Origin: Macrostomum hystrix
Taxonomy: Eukaryota > Animalia > Platyhelminthes
Length of the DNA: 64,000 nucleotides
Reading direction: 5' to 3'
NCBI GenBank assembly: GCA_950097015.1
Contig: CATNEN010000029.1
Coordinates: 6,076,001-6,140,000, forward strand
Shown: positions 60,411 to 64,000 of the stretch, one piece after another
How positions within the stretch are numbered: the stretch's first letter is position 1
Layout of the letters: every line of letters starts with the position of its first letter
Translations under genes and position numbers: made by a program
The notes under the pieces: generated by a model
Told to the model about the DNA's origin: nothing
Seen by the model: only the letters and a program-made list of their open reading frames with translations
Databases searched by the model: none

Positions 60411-61237
60411 TCCCGATTCATCTAGATCCCGATTCATCTAGATCCCGATTCATCTAGATCCCGATTCATCTAGATCCCGATTCATCTAGATCCTGATTCA
60501 TCTTGATCCCGATTCATCTAGAACCCGATTCATCTAGATCCCGATTCATCTAGATCCCGATTCATCTAGATCCTGATTCATCTTGATCCCGATTCATCTA
60601 GATCCCGATTCATCTAGATCCCGATTCATCTAGATCCCGATTCATCTAGATCCCGATTCATCTAGATCCCGATTCATCTAGATCCCGATTCATCTTGATC
60701 CCGATTCATCTAGAACCCGATTCATCTAGATCCCGATTCATCTAGAACCCGATTCATCTAGATCCCGATTCATCTAGATCCCGATTCATCTAGATCCTGA
60801 TTCATCTTGATCCCGATTCATCTAGATCCCGATTCATCTAGATCCTGATTCATCTTGATCCCGATTCATCTAGATCCCGATTCATCTAGATCCCGATTCA
60901 TCTAGATCCCGATTCATCTAGATCCCGATTCATCTAGATCCTGATTCATCTTGATCCCGATTCATCTAGATCCCGATTCATCTAGATCCCGATTTATCTA
61001 GATCCCGATTCATCTAGATCCCGATTCATCTAGATCCCGATTCATCTAGATCCCGATTCATCTAGATCCTGATTCATCTTGATCCCGATTCATCTAGAAC
61101 CCGATTCATCTAGATCCCGATTCATCTAGATCCCGATTCATCTAGATCCCGATTCATCTAGATCCCGATTCATCTAGATCCCGATTCATCTAGACCCTGA
61201 TTCATCTAGATCCCGATTCATCTAGACCCTGATTCAT
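60411..61237. repeat. 15-bp minisatellite (CCCGATTCATCTAGA), ~55 copies
   Basis: Visible array. Confidence 0.97.
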
Positions 61238-61869
61238 TTCGTTACATCGATAAATTCATAATTCATTGATCATGATCCAAAATTTCAGTTTGCAACTTGT
61301 AATTCGTTAAATTAGCTAAATTTCAGACACCGTAAAAGCATGTAGTAATATGAGTATTTTTTTCACCAGAACAATCGTCTACAGAGTGAGAGCCATATTA
61401 CTCATCGGTGCGCGCTATTAGGCTATTAGGGAGTAAGGGGGCTGAGTGGGTGGGTCGGACGGAGTAAGGTTTCAGCTGACACGGCCAGCAACTTATTATT
61501 CTGTTTAGAGCAGCATGCAAAACTGCACAGAGAGAGAGAAGGGGTTAGAGAGAAGGAAATTTCTTCGCTCAAAACAGGGAGGGAGAGAAAAAAGGAAAGG
61601 TAGAATCAAAGTGTACACGTCGGATTGTACAGGGGAGACACGAGGTTCTCACCTAACCTTATCTGGCCTCTACAGCCACCTTCCCCACCGCCTCTGGCGA
61701 CTCAAACCAGACAAGCCCGTGCGGAAAGCTCTACCAACCCAAGCCGTTGGCCTTTAATGCCCGCACTGTGCTTTCTTCTACTCTCTTCTTCTTATAAGAC
61801 AAAAAATCACAAAACGCGGAAGCGACTGCTTCTCGTAGCTCGCTCATTGGAAATTAGCATCGCTTTGGC

Positions 61870-63432
61870 ATGTGCTCGCATCTGCATGAGTTGAGATCGC
61901 TGCTCAGCTTCGGTCTGCTGCTTTTATTGTGGCAGAGAGCGGCTGGCCAAATGAACACCTGCCTGAAGCCCAGCGGCTGCTCCAGCGACGAATGCTGCTT
62001 CAACATAGTGCCAAAGACTGGCGAGATCTGCCATCCGATCATGCCCTGCTACGAGCCATTCTCTAAGGACTGCTGCCTGAACACCAGAATAGCTTTCACA
62101 ACCAAAGGCAAGATGTATGGCTACGCCATCATACTGGACGATCCTTATTCGTATCGCGATAAGGGCAATAGATTCCTGCAGATCTGGCTAGGCGTGCCCT
62201 ATGCTAAGCCGCCGACGCGGGGCAATAATCTCCGCTTCATGGAGCCAATGGAGCCGGATTATACAGACAAGTGGGACGCCACTTATTACAGGTACCTTAT
62301 CATCGCTCACTTTGCTTTCTTGTCACAATTATAGTTTCAGTTACTTCTGAAAATAGACATTTCAGTTGCTGACCCTCTCGTGCACTTCGCAGACCATCAT
62401 GTCCCCAGCCGCCGGAGCGACTTAAAGGACTCACAAACCAGGATTCAGATGAGAACTGCCTTTATCTGAACATTTTCGTCACTAACACCACACTGGACGA
62501 AGCCAAATCCAATGTCTATCCAATTCTGGTGTTTATTCACGGAGGCGAACATACGTACGGCTCGGCGCAGTTCACGCCAGGTCACGTGCTGGCCCAGACC
62601 AACATCATGGTTGTCACTGTGCAGTACAGGCTAAACGCGTTCGGCTATCTCAGACTGGAGGGCAGCGAGGCTACGGGAAATTTCGGCCTAATGGATCAGG
62701 TCTGAATGATTTGGGGAACTTTCCAGTACAACTACAGATAATCCAGTTAATATCTCTACATAATCTCTACATGTAGAGGGGTTGTAGCCTAGAGGTAAGG
62801 GCGTCTAAATCACAGCCTGAATGTCGGGCGTTCGATTCCTGACTCCACCGGAACAATCTGTTCATCCAGCTATTAAATGAGTACCAGCATCAGCTGGGTA
62901 ATTGTGGGCGGGTGTGGCGTTCCGCAGTCCATGGACTGAACAGCCGTACGCAGTCTTCAGATGCACCGCACAATAGCTGCGGCTGTGCTGTCGTATAGTC
63001 AATTAAGTGTAATCAATTATTGTTTTATTATTTGTAATCAGGTGCAAGCGCTGCGCTATCTGAGACTGGAGGCCGACAAGTACCGCGGCGACCGCACTCG
63101 CGTCACCCTCATGGGCCACGGCTCCGGAGCTGGTGATGTCGCCCTGCACAGCATGTCGCCGTTGAGCGGCTTGAGCGCTGAGCCGCTGTTCCACCGGGCC
63201 ATCTGGCTGTCCGGCAGTGACCTCATGTACGGCGGCTTCACCCTGTATCCGGGCGAGTCGCACCGCTACGCCCTGGAGTTGGCCGTTAAAACCGCGTGCA
63301 ACAATCAGGAGCCTGGCGAGATGCTCAGCTGCTTGAGACAGCGGACTCATTCTGAGCTGGCAGCTGCGGCCAGCGATAGCCAGGTGCACGAACGATCCTG
63401 GCTGGGCAAGCCGTGGAGTCCGACTGTTGACG
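61870..63432 (+). CDS. Type-B carboxylesterase/cholinesterase-fold protein, likely catalytically inactive (neuroligin/gliotactin-like); exons 61870-62291, 62393-62699, 63042-63432, continues beyond the window
   Basis: Signal peptide, WLGVPYAKPP..LRF, ENCLYLNIF, VFIHGG, VVTVQYRLNAFGYL, GNFGLMDQ, RVTLMGHGSGAG (nucleophile Ser replaced by Gly), WSPTVDG. Confidence 0.9.
62778..62985 (+). mobile_element. tRNA-headed SINE, family A copy 2 (esterase-like intron)
   Basis: GGGGTTGTAGCCTAGAGGTAAG A-box region, GTTCGATTCC B-box, 3' body shared with 13412-13663. Confidence 0.75.
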
Positions 63433-63639
63433 GTGAGGCTATACACCTGACTATCATGCTCATTTGTCGCCGCGACTTTCGGATTTTGAATAATTATGGG
63501 CGTACATTCTTCATCAGTCAGAAGTTGGGGCACGCCCAATTCTTTAGGAATGCAGGAAAAAATTACCCAAAAAACGAGCAAGAAATATAGATTAGCTTGT
63601 CATCTAGATCGCCAATTTTTAGTTTTCCGAATTTCGGAT

Positions 63640-64000
63640 TGTCGAATTAAGAAGGATTCTCGCATTTAAAAGCTACGATTAAGGATCGAATCGTCGATTT
63701 AAGAAGGATCGCCAGATTAGGAAGCGCCGAATTAAGGATCCTCGCATTGAGAATCGCCGGATTAAGAAGGATCCTCGCATTAAGGATCGCCGGATTAAGA
63801 AGGATCCTCGCATTAAGATTAGCCGGATTAACAAGGATCCTCGCATTAACGATCGCCGGATTAAGAAGGGTCCTCGCATTAAGAATCACCGGATAAAGAA
63901 GGATCCTCGCATTAAGGATCGCCGGATAAAGAAGGATCCTCGCATTAAGAATCACCTGATTAAGAAGGATCCTCGCATTAAGGATCGCCGGATAAAGAAG
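63640..64000. repeat. 33-bp minisatellite (TTAAGAAGGATCCTCGCATTAAGGATCGCCGGA), runs off the window end
   Basis: Visible array within the esterase-like intron. Confidence 0.93.

Noticed and set aside
1570-64000. CRISPR-like appearance of the regular 20-33-bp repeats
   Set aside because: Repeats are head-to-tail with no unique spacers, no cas genes, and a eukaryotic intronic context.

Overview
Eukaryotic animal genomic DNA with GC-rich, Gln/Ala-microsatellite-rich exons and AT-rich introns packed with minisatellites. The style suggests a free-living flatworm such as Macrostomum (inference only). Recognisable host genes are pyridoxal kinase (7 exons, -), a CD-MPR/ATG27-like MRH membrane protein (-, frame-broken), POLDIP3 (+), ARID2 (+), the last exon of VPS13D (-) and the start of a catalytically dead cholinesterase/neuroligin-like gene (+). 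RNA genes are one 5S rRNA and one tRNA-Asn(GTT). Mobile DNA comprises a complete Ty3/Gypsy element with matching 332-bp LTRs and a GTAAT TSD, a Merlin/IS1595 deletion derivative, a mariner remnant, a long-TIR MITE and two tRNA-headed SINE families (two copies each). Ten minisatellite arrays cover roughly a fifth of the window. Two features stand out. (1) A 14-exon gene at 13195-24947 encodes a secreted ~2160-aa protein: a signal peptide, ~1700 aa of Arg/Lys-rich polycation, an acidic linker, two WSC domains and a tail built from symmetric phase-1 micro-exons with a recent three-exon duplication; a decayed paralogous fragment lies at ~31 kb. (2) A decayed GC-rich virus-like island at ~25.5-30.9 kb carries an intron-containing CRESS-like Rep/SF3 helicase plus orphan ORFs on both strands. 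All family assignments are from motif recognition by eye; no searches were run.
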